A DNA stretch of 64,000 bases from Vicugna vicugna (lineage: Eukaryota). The notes under the pieces were generated by a model, which was given only the letters and a program-made list of their open reading frames with translations, was not told the DNA's origin and made no database searches. Shown here in pieces: positions 13,401 to 23,862 of this stretch. The DNA is taken from contig MU058449.1 in NCBI GenBank assembly GCA_013265495.1, positions 730,176 to 794,175 on the forward strand. The letters run 5' to 3'. Both the position numbers and the translations under genes were made by a program. Position 1 is the stretch's first letter; every line of letters starts with the position of its first letter.

Positions 13401-15566
13401 TTTATAAACAGTACCATTCTTTCTCCCTTACTTGATTATAAACTCTTTAAGAGGGGTTTTGTTTGTGTTGTCTTAGCTTTTAGCACAGCACCATGCACAG
13501 AGTAGGTGCTTGGTAAATGTCTCTGAGAGTGTAAGGCAAGAGTCAAGGAAGACATATTACAAGTACATTCTCGCTCAACACTTTCACATATGCAATTCGA
13601 AAAGCCCTGAATTTTTCATCTCGACTTACCCAAAACATAGCAATCTTTGAAGCACTGATTTCCTGGGAAAGGCTTCTTCTCCAAATACCCCAGACTTTTT
13701 GTACACAGAATTGAAATGCTCCCTTTTTCATAATTACCCTGCCTCCCAGTAATCCCCAGAAGCTGGTAACTTTGAGAACTGAGTCCCAGGTTCTGTGAAT
13801 TAATAATAAATAAACAGGTCAAAGACTTGTGGAAAGTGAGCAGTGAATCCATTATTTTATATTAGCTTAAGTATCATTTACTTACTAGATTTTTAGTGTA
13901 TCTTTCTGATCAACATTATTTTTAAAAGACTAAGTAGAGCTACTAAAAATGTTTTTCAGAAATCAATCTATTTATGAAATCACTAGTAGAACTTATCAGC
14001 CTTTCACCTGATCAACCTTACCTACTTACCAAACTTTCACAATTAATTGGAAATGCATGCCAGTTGGGCAAGACTATATCTGCTTTGTTCCTATGTAATG
14101 TTGGTTGAATTCATGACACTCAATAAACAAGCATTGGAAGTAGTGTCAAAAAAATGCTCCTTTTCTTATTAAATGTTCCCTTTCTGTTAGCTCTTCTTTC
14201 TATGTTGAGGTTTGATAATGCATTTCTGACAGTAATTTCATTGTTTCTCCAAGGATACTCTCATTACTCTAAACTGGAGATGCTGACGTTATAGTTCACT
14301 TATTTGGTCAACTCAGGTCACTGATTTATTTTTTCTCTTATTTCCCATTAATTTGAATTAAAATTTTCCTAATTCTTTAAAAGTAAGAGACTTGTTTAGG
14401 GAATTTTTGAGATGGTGCTTTGAATGAACTCATGTGGTCTGGAAACAGTTAAGTTCCCCTGAGGAACAGTTACCTTAGCATTGACTACTTCTCACTGGTT
14501 GAGCCCTCTTCAGCTATAGCCCCAATCTCTGTTTTCCCCCAGATCCCCTCTTCCCACTCATACAGACCCATCTGCCTAGTCTGCAGTTCTCTGCTAAAGG
14601 AAAAAAGAACTATGATGTTTGCAACAAAGTTATATATCCCCCTCCAAAGCAAAACAGTAACATTCTGTTAGGTATCTCCTGAGAAGTATGTCTTAACAAA
14701 ATGGAGAAACTGTGTTCTGGAGAAAAACTAGTCTCCAAGCATACTGAAGAAAGAATACATTTGAACTTGGCAGCACGTTATATCAGGTGGGGAGCAGAGA
14801 CCTCTGTAGATGTCTCGCTCTCCATCTCTTGCAACTGTAACCTCAGGTGCTGTACTGCCAGGTGACTTTAAAGATTAGATACTGTAGGCACCTGCACGTG
14901 ACTACGCTGGTGCCTGAGCCATTTATTGTCACTTCATAAGTGTTGATTTGCATTATAAATATCTCATTCTCAGTATTTTCTGGCTTCCCAAATTATCTGC
15001 AAATTTCTCTACTTTCTGTTCTCATGGCCAATGTACTATTGCCGTCCCATAACCCCAGTCTATTTTTCTCTGATCCCAGCTATACAGAAAAACTAACCTG
15101 CTGCCTCTTTATCACACTTTAAATACTCCAGAGAGGATGGAATATGATTGGCCAAATTTGAGTAAAGTGTCTTTTCTTAGTCCAGTTATCACTGGTTCAA
15201 GGAATAGAAAGAAAGTTCACATAGTATAAACGTAGCTACCAGGAAAGGGCCTCAGGGAAGAAAAATTGTGGGCAGGAGCAAATGCAAAACTAAAAACGTT
15301 TTTTAAAGGTACCTACTACAGCAGTTGACATCTTACAATTATTTTATAAATTTAAATGAGCCACTCATTTTCATATAGTATCTAGATACTCATCTTTCGT
15401 TAGTTTTTGGTTGAATAAAATTATTTATAATTGGATTCATTTTTTTTTACATTTTTATTGATTCATAATCATTTTACAGTGTTGTGTCAATGGATTCATT
15501 TTTTGAATGTAGTTTTTTTTGATTATTCCAAAATTTCATCTTGGAATTCCATACTTTTAATCCAGC

Positions 15567-16508
15567 ATGTCAAACTTCCAGAATACCTCATCCTCATCCA
15601 TTATTTTCCTGCTAACCGGTGTTCCTGGGCTGGAAGCCTTCCACACCTGGATCTCTGCTCCTTTCTGCTTTCTCTATGTAATCGCTCTCTCAGGAAACAG
15701 CCTGATTCTCTATGCCGTTGTCACCCAGCCCAGCCTTCATGAACCCATGTATTATTTCCTCTCCATGCTGTCCACCACTGACCTTGGCTTGTCCGTATCC
15801 ACTCTGGTCACCATGTTGGGGATATTCTGGTTCAATGCCAGGGAGATCAGCTTTAATGCCTGCTTGTCACAGATGTTTTTTATTCAACTCTTCACTGTCA
15901 TGGAATCTTCAGTGCTGCTGGCCATGGCCTTTGATCGATTTGTGGCCATCTCTAATCCCCTCAGGTATGCCACCATTTTAACTGACTCCAGAATAACTCA
16001 AATTGGAGTGGCAGTTGTCATCAGGGGGACACTAACACTGACACCAATGGTAGCACTTCTTACAAGACTGTCCTTCTGCCGCAGCCACGTGCTCCACCAC
16101 TCCTACTGCTTCCACCCCGATGTGATGAAGCTCTCGTGCACAGACACCAGGATCAACAATGCAGTCGGGTTGACAGCCATGATCTCTACCGTTGGTGTGG
16201 ACTCAATCCTCATCCCCCTTTCTTATGTTTTGATTAAGACTATCCTCAGCATCGCATCCCCAGAAGAGAGGAAGAAGGCCTTCAGCACGTGCATCTCCCA
16301 TATTGGGGCTGTTGCTGTTTTCTATATTCCATTGATCAGTCTGTCCTTTGTTCACAGATTTGGGAAACGAGCCCCAGCCTACGTACATACTCTGATTGCT
16401 AACACCTACCTGCTGATCCCCCCTGTAATGAACCCCATCATCTACAGTGTGAAGACCAAACAGATACGCAAAGCTGTGATAAAAATTCTCCATTCCAAAG
16501 ACACATAG
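15567..16508 (+). CDS. Class I olfactory receptor, family 51 (OR51F-like; syntenic position of human OR51C1P), 313 aa, intact ORF nested in the OR51E2 5'UTR intron
   Basis: OR motifs LHEPMYYFLSMLS, MAFDRFVAISNPLRY, HSYCFHPDVMKL, KAFSTCISH, PPVMNPIIYSVKTKQIR; N-glycosylation site NTS; candidate acceptor ttttacag at 15472-15479. Confidence 0.93.
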   Translation: MSNFQNTSSSSIIFLLTGVPGLEAFHTWISAPFCFLYVIALSGNSLILYAVVTQPSLHEPMYYFLSMLSTTDLGLSVSTLVTMLGIFWFNAREISFNACLSQMFFIQLFTVMESSVLLAMAFDRFVAISNPLRYATILTDSRITQIGVAVVIRGTLTLTPMVALLTRLSFCRSHVLHHSYCFHPDVMKLSCTDTRINNAVGLTAMISTVGVDSILIPLSYVLIKTILSIASPEERKKAFSTCISHIGAVAVFYIPLISLSFVHRFGKRAPAYVHTLIANTYLLIPPVMNPIIYSVKTKQIRKAVIKILHSKDT

Positions 16509-17378
16509 AGTCACAGAATTCTAGAGATGGTCTCTGTCAGGTCATATTATTTACCAATTGAAAAATAAATCTGGTGATTGCTGAAGCTAAGGATGCAAAT
16601 ATTTAAAATCAAAGCTGGAGTATGTTTAGAAAATTAGCTTGACTGATCCCTGTATTTTACAGATGAGGAGACAAGAGACATAGGAATGGGAGGAATGAGC
16701 AGCCTAACTCTAAGTCTGGAGGTTGTCTTCCCAACCACTGTTTGTGCTGAGCTGTTGTTTATCCTGCCATTACCCTTTCTCTTCTTACTTCATCCACTTC
16801 ACAGCAGGTAGACTGACGCATTATGAAAATGTCATTCCTTTTTGAGAGATAGGTATTATTTTCTAACAGTAATAATAATTTTAGCTAACATTTATTATTT
16901 CCTTCCTGTTTTTTATATATAAACACATTTTATATTCAAAACAATTTCATAAGGTAGTTACTTGTATTACCAATGAGAATATTGAAGCACACAAGTGTTA
17001 AGTAACTTGCTTAATCAGCTAGTAGGTGACAGAGTTCATATCCATGCAAACTGACCCCAGGGTCCACCTACTCTTAAATTTAATGCTGTATTGCTGCATA
17101 TAAACTATATATATTATCTATATTACTGTATTTATATATAATATAAACATATATATACAATGTAATGTATATTTATACATTAATTAATTTGTACTGGGGG
17201 ACATAATTTGATCGGAGAAACAAACAAAAACTAAAACTCTGTCCTCTAGAAATTTTCAACCAATTTATGGAGGAAAAGCTCAAAACAAAATCTTTAAACC
17301 TCACAAATATATTTCTACCTGATGTTCTTTCCCAACTAAGCATATTCTAGAATTCCTCTTCACCTCCATAAACTTTCT

Positions 17379-17520
17379 TTGATTGATTGATTGGGGGAGG
17401 GAGGCAATTAGGTTTTGTTGGTTTGTTTGTTTGTTTGTTTTAAACAGAGGTATGGGGGATCAAACTTGGGACCTCGTGCATGTTAAGCACGCACTCTACC
17501 ATTGAGCTATACTCTCCTCG
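17379..17520 (-). mobile_element. Vic-1-like camelid SINE (tRNA-Ala derived)
   Basis: Reverse strand reads GAGGAGAGTATAGCTCAATGGTAGAGTGCGTGCTTAACATGCACGAGGTCCCAAGTTTGATCCCC; flanked by 15 bp TSD ctccat(a/c)aactttct at 17364-17378 and 17521-17535. Confidence 0.8.
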
Positions 17521-17859
17521 CTCCATCAACTTTCTGCCCCAGCAGAAACTGAAAAATGACTCGAATTACAAAAGAATTACAATTTGTGTTATTTGCTTAG
17601 AAGTTTTAAAAGCTATGGCATATATTTCATGTAATGGCTTAATCCAGCAGCTTAATTATTTTTTCCAACCTAGGTATATCCAATAAATCTCAAAGTTTTA
17701 AAGACATATTTCAATGACACGTTGGTATCACTCAGTAAAGACAGGCTCTATAGCTGGTTTCAGATCCATCAAGGAAGCAGAAGTAGTCATTCATTTCTAT
17801 AGGGAATTTATTAAGTGACTATAGTACCAGTCACTTAGTAATAAGGATGATGTCAAAAT

Positions 17860-18640
17860 CCTCAACATGTTCAACAGTAAAATTTTCAGTCTCAATTATT
17901 ATCAGTCTTCAAAGACCTGATCTTTGTATGTTGTGATGTCCAGGACTTTGTTCTCAGACCTGTTTTTCCCTTTGTTATATTCTCATTTTTGGTCATCTCA
18001 TCCACTTTTGCTTTGCAGTACAGTCTAGTTCCCCCATTGTAGTTAGAGTATTTTTATACACAAGACAGATCGTGTCACTTCCTCTGTTCAGCATGTCCCA
18101 GTGGCCTCCTGTCTTACTGAGGGAAAATTCACAGTCATTATACTCTCTTATAAGGATGTATGTGTTCTGACTCCTCTCCATCATCGCGACTTCGTCTCCT
18201 ACTACTCTCCCCTTTATTCACTCTGCTACACCCACACTAGCCTCCAAAATATTTCCTTATGCTCACCCAGCAGGCTTCACCTTCAGACTTTGCACTTGCT
18301 GTTCTCCCTGCCTGGGATGTCTTTCTCCAGATGCCCACATGGCTTACTGCCTCACTTCATGCAGGCTCACTCCACGTTTATGTGTCCTCTCATTAAAGGG
18401 CCCTTTACACTATAAAAACTAAAAATGACAGCAACACCTCTCCACTAATTCCTGCCTGCATTCACTCTCTTCCTTACTCACCTTGTTTTAACTTTTAGCA
18501 CTTACAACCCCTCCTCAACATATTACATACATACCTATTTATTTCTTTTCTAGTCTCCATTACAAGGAAAGGTCTTTGAGAATAAGGACTTTGTTTCATT
18601 TATGCTATCCTCCAGACCCTAAAACAAGGCTTGCCACATT
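17860..18640 (+). mobile_element. LINE-2 3' fragment
   Basis: L2-type motifs cagatcgtgtcacttcctctgttcagc, ccagtggcctcctg, ttgcacttgctgttctccctgcctggga. Boundaries approximate. Confidence 0.6.
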
Positions 18641-19819
18641 GAAAAATAATAGAATCTCTGGATGGCCTGACTATATTTATCAGTCATGCCTCACTGCATC
18701 CCCTCTAAGCAGTGCTCCAGGCATGACAAATAACTGGCATTTCCTTAACTCTGATTGTTCTATCTCATTCTCAAGCCTTTGTACAAGCTGTTGCTTCCAC
18801 CTGTAGCACACTCATGCTCTCCTTTCTGACTTAGAAATTACTTTCCTTAGAGACTTTTTAATGACTTCTCAAGTCTGTCTGGTGTCATTTCCAGGTGCCC
18901 CTGAAGCACCAGTGTGTCTTCCTCATGACATCCCCTCCCAGGTTCTCCTGTAACCAGTCTCCCCACAACAGACTCTGCCCACTTCTCAAGACCAGGGAGT
19001 ATGTCTTCTTCACCACTGAAAATGAGTGAAATTGCAGACTGGATTTTTGTTTGTCTGTCTCTACACATGATATACGATGGAGTATGGAGAAAGGGAAGAG
19101 AAAAAGAGAAAGAGAAGCTCCAGCTAGAGAAGAAGGATGAAGTACTCAGAGTCCCAAACTTGGGAATGAGAAGATAGAACTTCAGTCTTAAGCCAGACAG
19201 CCAAGACAGTCACACTGCTGCTACAGATGTTCCTCCTCCACCTCCCCCCCAACCACACTAACCTCCCTGTCCCTGTCCAACATTCCTAGAAACTAGCAAG
19301 CTTCCATTCCAAGGGAGTGTGTAATTTGGACACCTGGGGAAGGGGGGATTGCAAAGCAAATGTCATCTCTGACCCAAGTGGACAAGTTCACAACTAACTG
19401 GAGACTTTCCTAAAAGCCAGAGTAGTGGTAGACACATGGCCACTGTCCCACTACTTGAACTCAGAGTCCAAGTGAAAATCCTCAATGTCCTGTAAGACTT
19501 ACATGATCCAGTTCCCCATTACCTCCCTGATTCCGTCTCCCCACTGCTCTTGCCCTTGCTCTCTCCCCTGAGGCACAGTGGCCTCCTCGGTGTTCTAAAT
19601 CACATCTAAAGCAGGATGTAACTCTATACTCACATTGACTGTTGTGTCTAGCAAAGTGGCTAATGAGAAAAAACACTCATCACTGTGGTTAACAGGGCAT
19701 TTCAGTTACTTGGAGGAGCGGACACAGACTGGTGACAATCCTACATGAGCAAGTGTGGGAGTGGCGGCAGAGGCAGCAGGCCGTTGGTGATTGCCTGACC
19801 CCCCACCCCAAGACTGGAA

Positions 19820-20012
19820 TAGGGGAAGCCCATGGGAGTGACACACAAGTGGCCATGAAGATACTACACCCTGTCTGCCAAGCCCCAGGGACCTCAGTCC
19901 ATATTACTACAGCCTGTCCCCATGGGCTTCATGGGCAGCGTTATAAATAGACCTGTGCCGGAAGGGGAGAGCCAGCTGTAGCTGCGTCTCATCAGGGCCG
20001 CACCATACTCAA
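19820..20012 (+). promoter_or_regulatory. Candidate proximal (olfactory-type) promoter and short first exon for OR51E2
   Basis: Three O/E(EBF)-like sites (gcccatggga 19828-19837, gccccaggga 19882-19891, tccccatggg from 19917), TATAAATA at 19942-19949 and donor CAA|GTGAGT at 20013. Confidence 0.45.
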
Positions 20013-22275
20013 GTGAGTGCACACTCACTGGGGTCCAGCAGGCCAAGGTCCCTGCCATCCTAAGGGACCTCGAAGACCTCACAAACTGCCTCCTGGCAGG
20101 GTAGGGGGAAGCCCTTGCCTCCCCTTCACATCTTCCTTGCCCGAGAAGAAATGTTCCAGAGCATTAACAAACATCCAGAAAGGCAAGTGAGAATAAATGC
20201 AGCAGCCGCATCCAGACCCAAAGAGAAGCTGAACTGGCCGGGGCTCACTCTAGGCAGAGGGCCAGGCCACATGGGAGGGAAACATGAGGTCTTCTGGGAT
20301 AAGTAAGTGGGAAGATGAGATGATGGCGCAAAGTCTTAGACTGCTACCAGCAAAGCAGAAAAGATGCCCTGGGGACAGAAGACTCAGGAAGGTATCTGAC
20401 TCTAAGGTCAACACAGACCCTTATGTCTGCCAGTGCTGCTGCAGGAGCGTGGGCAAGCGGCCTTGAAGAAGGGCGAGTGTGTTAATTGCTGCTCCCTCCC
20501 TGCTACCTTCTGTGCCCATAACTATCTGCCTCTGAAAAAGGCTTTTCATTCCCTGACAGCAGCTGAGGGCCAAATCTGGAATCTAATATCTGTCAAGGAA
20601 AATAGCTGTAATATCTTTGCACATGTTCTGAGAATGGAGAACAAATAGTAGTCAGAGGCGTGAATTTTGTGACCTTTGAACCCTGGATCTCTTCTTCCTT
20701 GCTTATCCAAGATGAGGATAATCCAGTCAAAATGTCTAGTTCTCATTTTATTATGTTATAAGACTACTGGTCTCCAAACCCTCTCCTCTACGGCCAAATA
20801 GGAGAGCATGTCCCAGTTGCAGTAAGAACCCAGGTTAGGAGTGAAGAAGAATCCTAGGGGGATGAACAGGTTAGCCTGAACACCACTGCAGAGTTTATTC
20901 CCAAGATTCAGAACCTCTTCTAGAAGCCAAGCCCTTGGCTGTTTAGGGACAATTAACTCTAAATACCAGGGCACCTAGGGAGCCTATCAAGGAAAGAGCT
21001 TGTGGTGGCCAGAGCTGCAGGTTTGGTTTGGGTGAGGCAGAGCCACAGCCACACTGGGCTTCCAGAAAAAGAAACGTCTCCCCTAACATAAATGACTCAT
21101 TGGCAGAGGTTCCAGGAAATATAAAGCTCTAGGAGTAGCAGGACCTAATCAAGCTCGCTCTGGGGCAATGAGAGTGGCCTTGGAGGCGGCCTTTAAGCGT
21201 GGAGGAACCCACCAACTAGGAGCAGAGAGAGCAGCCAGCACAGGGCCATGCCAGGCAGCCAGGGTCCCGCCAGCGCTTTCATCTGCAGGGAAGTCACTGG
21301 CGGGAGCTACTGCCTTGCATTCGACAGCCCTGGATGAGTTTCCTTTTTACCTCAAGAAATTGTCTCTTGGCCTTTCGTCCTTAGTTTTTGTTTTGTTTTT
21401 AAAATCACGGCTGTGTTTCTTTCCTCTCTCGCTGACCTTAGACCTGGGGACCTGAAATCCTGAAAACTTGCAAAAAGAAAAACAAAACCCCTCCTATCCC
21501 CCCTGTTGGGTCCTCCTTTTATTCCCTTCTCTGTTTGATTTCTACTCATGTTTCAAGACTATAAGGAAGGATCATCTTTTTGAGGGGACATTTCCTCTGA
21601 TTGTGCCTCTCCCCCTCCCATGTATTAAATGCACATCCTTTGCTAACACTTATCCCAAGATTTTAATAATTTTGTTACTTGTCTATCTTTTACCTGAATC
21701 AGGGCATCAGAAGGGCAAAAGATGTGTCTTTGACCACATCATCAGCATCTAGCAAACAGCCTTGTCTATGGTTGGTCCTATAAGTAAATGCTTACAGAAC
21801 AAACGGGTGATAGAGAAGGGGGGGGGAGGGGAGAGAAGGGAGGAGGACACAGCCTATCCAGAAGAGGTTCCTAGTAAGGTATCACTTACCACCTATCTGA
21901 GAAAAAGGCCACCCACTACCTAGACAGTGAAGGTATGGGCCAGGACAAGGAGTCTGTGGAACTAGGGATGGATAGATTTGGGGAGAATCATTGTTCTCTC
22001 CAGGTTCCCTTTTATAAATGTAAGTGAACCTTGAGAGTAGTGGTGATAAATGAATTTCGGCTGTCATTTCCCCCTTTACCAGAAGGCTTCAGAGCTTATG
22101 AGAGAGCCCAAATGGCTTGGAAGAGTGGGAGGAGAGAGTAGGGGAGGGAGAGCTAAGGTGTGTTCAGCAACCAGGGTCCAGGGCTGGTCTCTCTGACTGT
22201 GCTTCATGTCCTAGCAGGCTAGCAGACTGCCAGTGTGACCTCACCCTCTCCAGTGCTCCCTTCTCGGTGCCAGCT

Positions 22276-23238
22276 ATGAGTCCCTGCAACTTTACACATA
22301 CCACCTTTGTGCTTATTGGTATCCCAGGACTAGAAGAAGCTCATTTCTGGATAGGCTTCCCCCTGCTTTCTATGTATGCCGTGGCAGTGTTTGGAAACTG
22401 CCTCGTGGTCTTCATCGTGAGGACAGAGCACAGCCTGCACACTCCCATGTACCTCTTTCTCTGCATGCTGGCAGCCATTGACCTGGCCTTGTCCACATCC
22501 ACCATGCCCAAGATCCTTGCCCTCTTCTGGTTTGATTCCCGGGAGATTACCTTTGATGCCTGCATGGCCCAGATGTTTTTTATTCACGCTCTCTCAGCCA
22601 CTGAGTCCACCATCCTGCTAGCCATGGCCTTTGACCGTTATGTAGCCATCTGCCATCCACTGCACCATGCTGCCGTGCTCAACAATATGGTGACAGCCCA
22701 GATCAGCATGGTGGCCATGGCCCGTGGATTCCTCTTCTTTATCCCTCTGCCTCTGCTCATCAAACGGCTAGCCTTCTGTTACTCCAATGTGCTCTCACAT
22801 TCCTACTGTGTGCACCAGGATGTAATGAAGTTGGCCTATGCAGACACACTGCCCAACATGGTCTATGGTCTTACTGCCATTCTGCTGGTCATGGGTGTGG
22901 ATGCTCTGTTTATCTGTTTGTCCTATTTTCTGATTATACAAACAGTTCTACAACTGCCATCCAAGTCAGAGCGGGCCAAAGCCTTTGGAACCTGTGTGTC
23001 ACACGTTGGTGTGGTACTGGCCTTCTATGTGCCTCTCATTGGCCTCTCAGTGGTGCACCGTTTTGGAACCAGCCTTGATCCCATTGTTCATGTTCTCATG
23101 GGTGATGTCTATCTACTTCTGCCTCCTGTCATCAACCCCATCATTTATGGTGTCAAAACCAAACAGATCAGGACTCGGATGCTAGCTGTGTTTAAGATCA
23201 GCTGTGACAAGAACTTTCAGGCTGTGGGAGGCAAGTGA
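22276..23238 (+). CDS. OR51E2: Olfactory receptor 51E2 (PSGR / Olfr78 ortholog; short-chain fatty acid receptor), 320 aa
   Basis: MSPCNFTHTTFVLIGIPGLEEAHFW...HSYCVHQDVMKLAYADTLPN...FKISCDKNFQAVGGK matches OR51E2 in length and termini. ATG at 22276 lies just after acceptor sites at 22213-22225; the longer computed ORF from 22117 starts in intron at a TTG. Confidence 0.95.
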   Translation: MSPCNFTHTTFVLIGIPGLEEAHFWIGFPLLSMYAVAVFGNCLVVFIVRTEHSLHTPMYLFLCMLAAIDLALSTSTMPKILALFWFDSREITFDACMAQMFFIHALSATESTILLAMAFDRYVAICHPLHHAAVLNNMVTAQISMVAMARGFLFFIPLPLLIKRLAFCYSNVLSHSYCVHQDVMKLAYADTLPNMVYGLTAILLVMGVDALFICLSYFLIIQTVLQLPSKSERAKAFGTCVSHVGVVLAFYVPLIGLSVVHRFGTSLDPIVHVLMGDVYLLLPPVINPIIYGVKTKQIRTRMLAVFKISCDKNFQAVGGK

Positions 23239-23715
23239 TCCTTACCACTCCTCTTACTCTTATCCTTAATGACTGGATATAATGATTTCCTAAGCTGGCT
23301 TAATCCCAGTTGCCCATAAGCACATCAGTGCTTTTCTCTGATTTGGCCTCCAAATACTTCTGCTTGGGGTGAAATTTTTGAGGCTGCCATAGTTCTTTTC
23401 CACAGGTCACAATGCTGTTGATATCTTTATTGTATAAAAATCTTAAATTAGGAAATCCACTATTGCCCAGTAAGTAGTAAAAGAACATGAAGAAGAATAA
23501 CAAGAAGTACAGTTGGCTTTGAAACAAGGGACAGACTGTTCTCTTTGACTAGTAATACAGGAAACCTATATTACAACAATAATTAGGTAACATTCTATTA
23601 AATTAGCAGTTTTCATTAATAAAAAATTCACAATGAAAAAGGAGCTTGTGTTGAAACATATATCCTTGAGAATCACAGCTGATGGTATAATTGGCAAAAT
23701 ACAGCAAGAACTTTT

Positions 23716-23862
23716 TATTTTGGTTTTTTTTTTCTTTTTGGCGGGATAGAGGGAGAGGTAATTAGATTTATTTATTTAGTTCCAATGGAGATACTGGGAT
23801 TGAACCCACGACCTCATGCATGCTAAGCACGCACTCTACCACTGAGCTACACCCTCCCCACT
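23716..23862 (-). mobile_element. Vic-1-like camelid SINE downstream of the OR51E2 stop codon
   Basis: Reverse strand head GGGGAGGGTGTAGCTCAGTGGTAGAGTGCGTGCTTAGCATGCATGAGGTCGTGGGTTCAATCCC; T-rich tail on + strand; perfect 13 bp TSD agcaagaactttt at 23703-23715 and 23863-23875. Confidence 0.85.

Noticed and set aside
21080..21460. AP-1-like TGACTCA and AATATAAA followed by a GC-richer stretch and a 95 aa ORF
   Set aside because: Could be another OR51E2 start site, but I found no convincing splice donor and the ORF resembles nothing I recognise.
22117..22275. 53 aa N-terminal extension of OR51E2 in the ORF track
   Set aside because: Starts at a TTG upstream of the splice acceptors, so it is intronic; the 320 aa form matches the known protein.
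23790..23862. tRNA-Ala-like sequences here and near 17450-17520 and 52640-52712
   Set aside because: They are heads of tRNA-derived SINEs with shared non-tRNA bodies, tails and TSDs, not tRNA genes.
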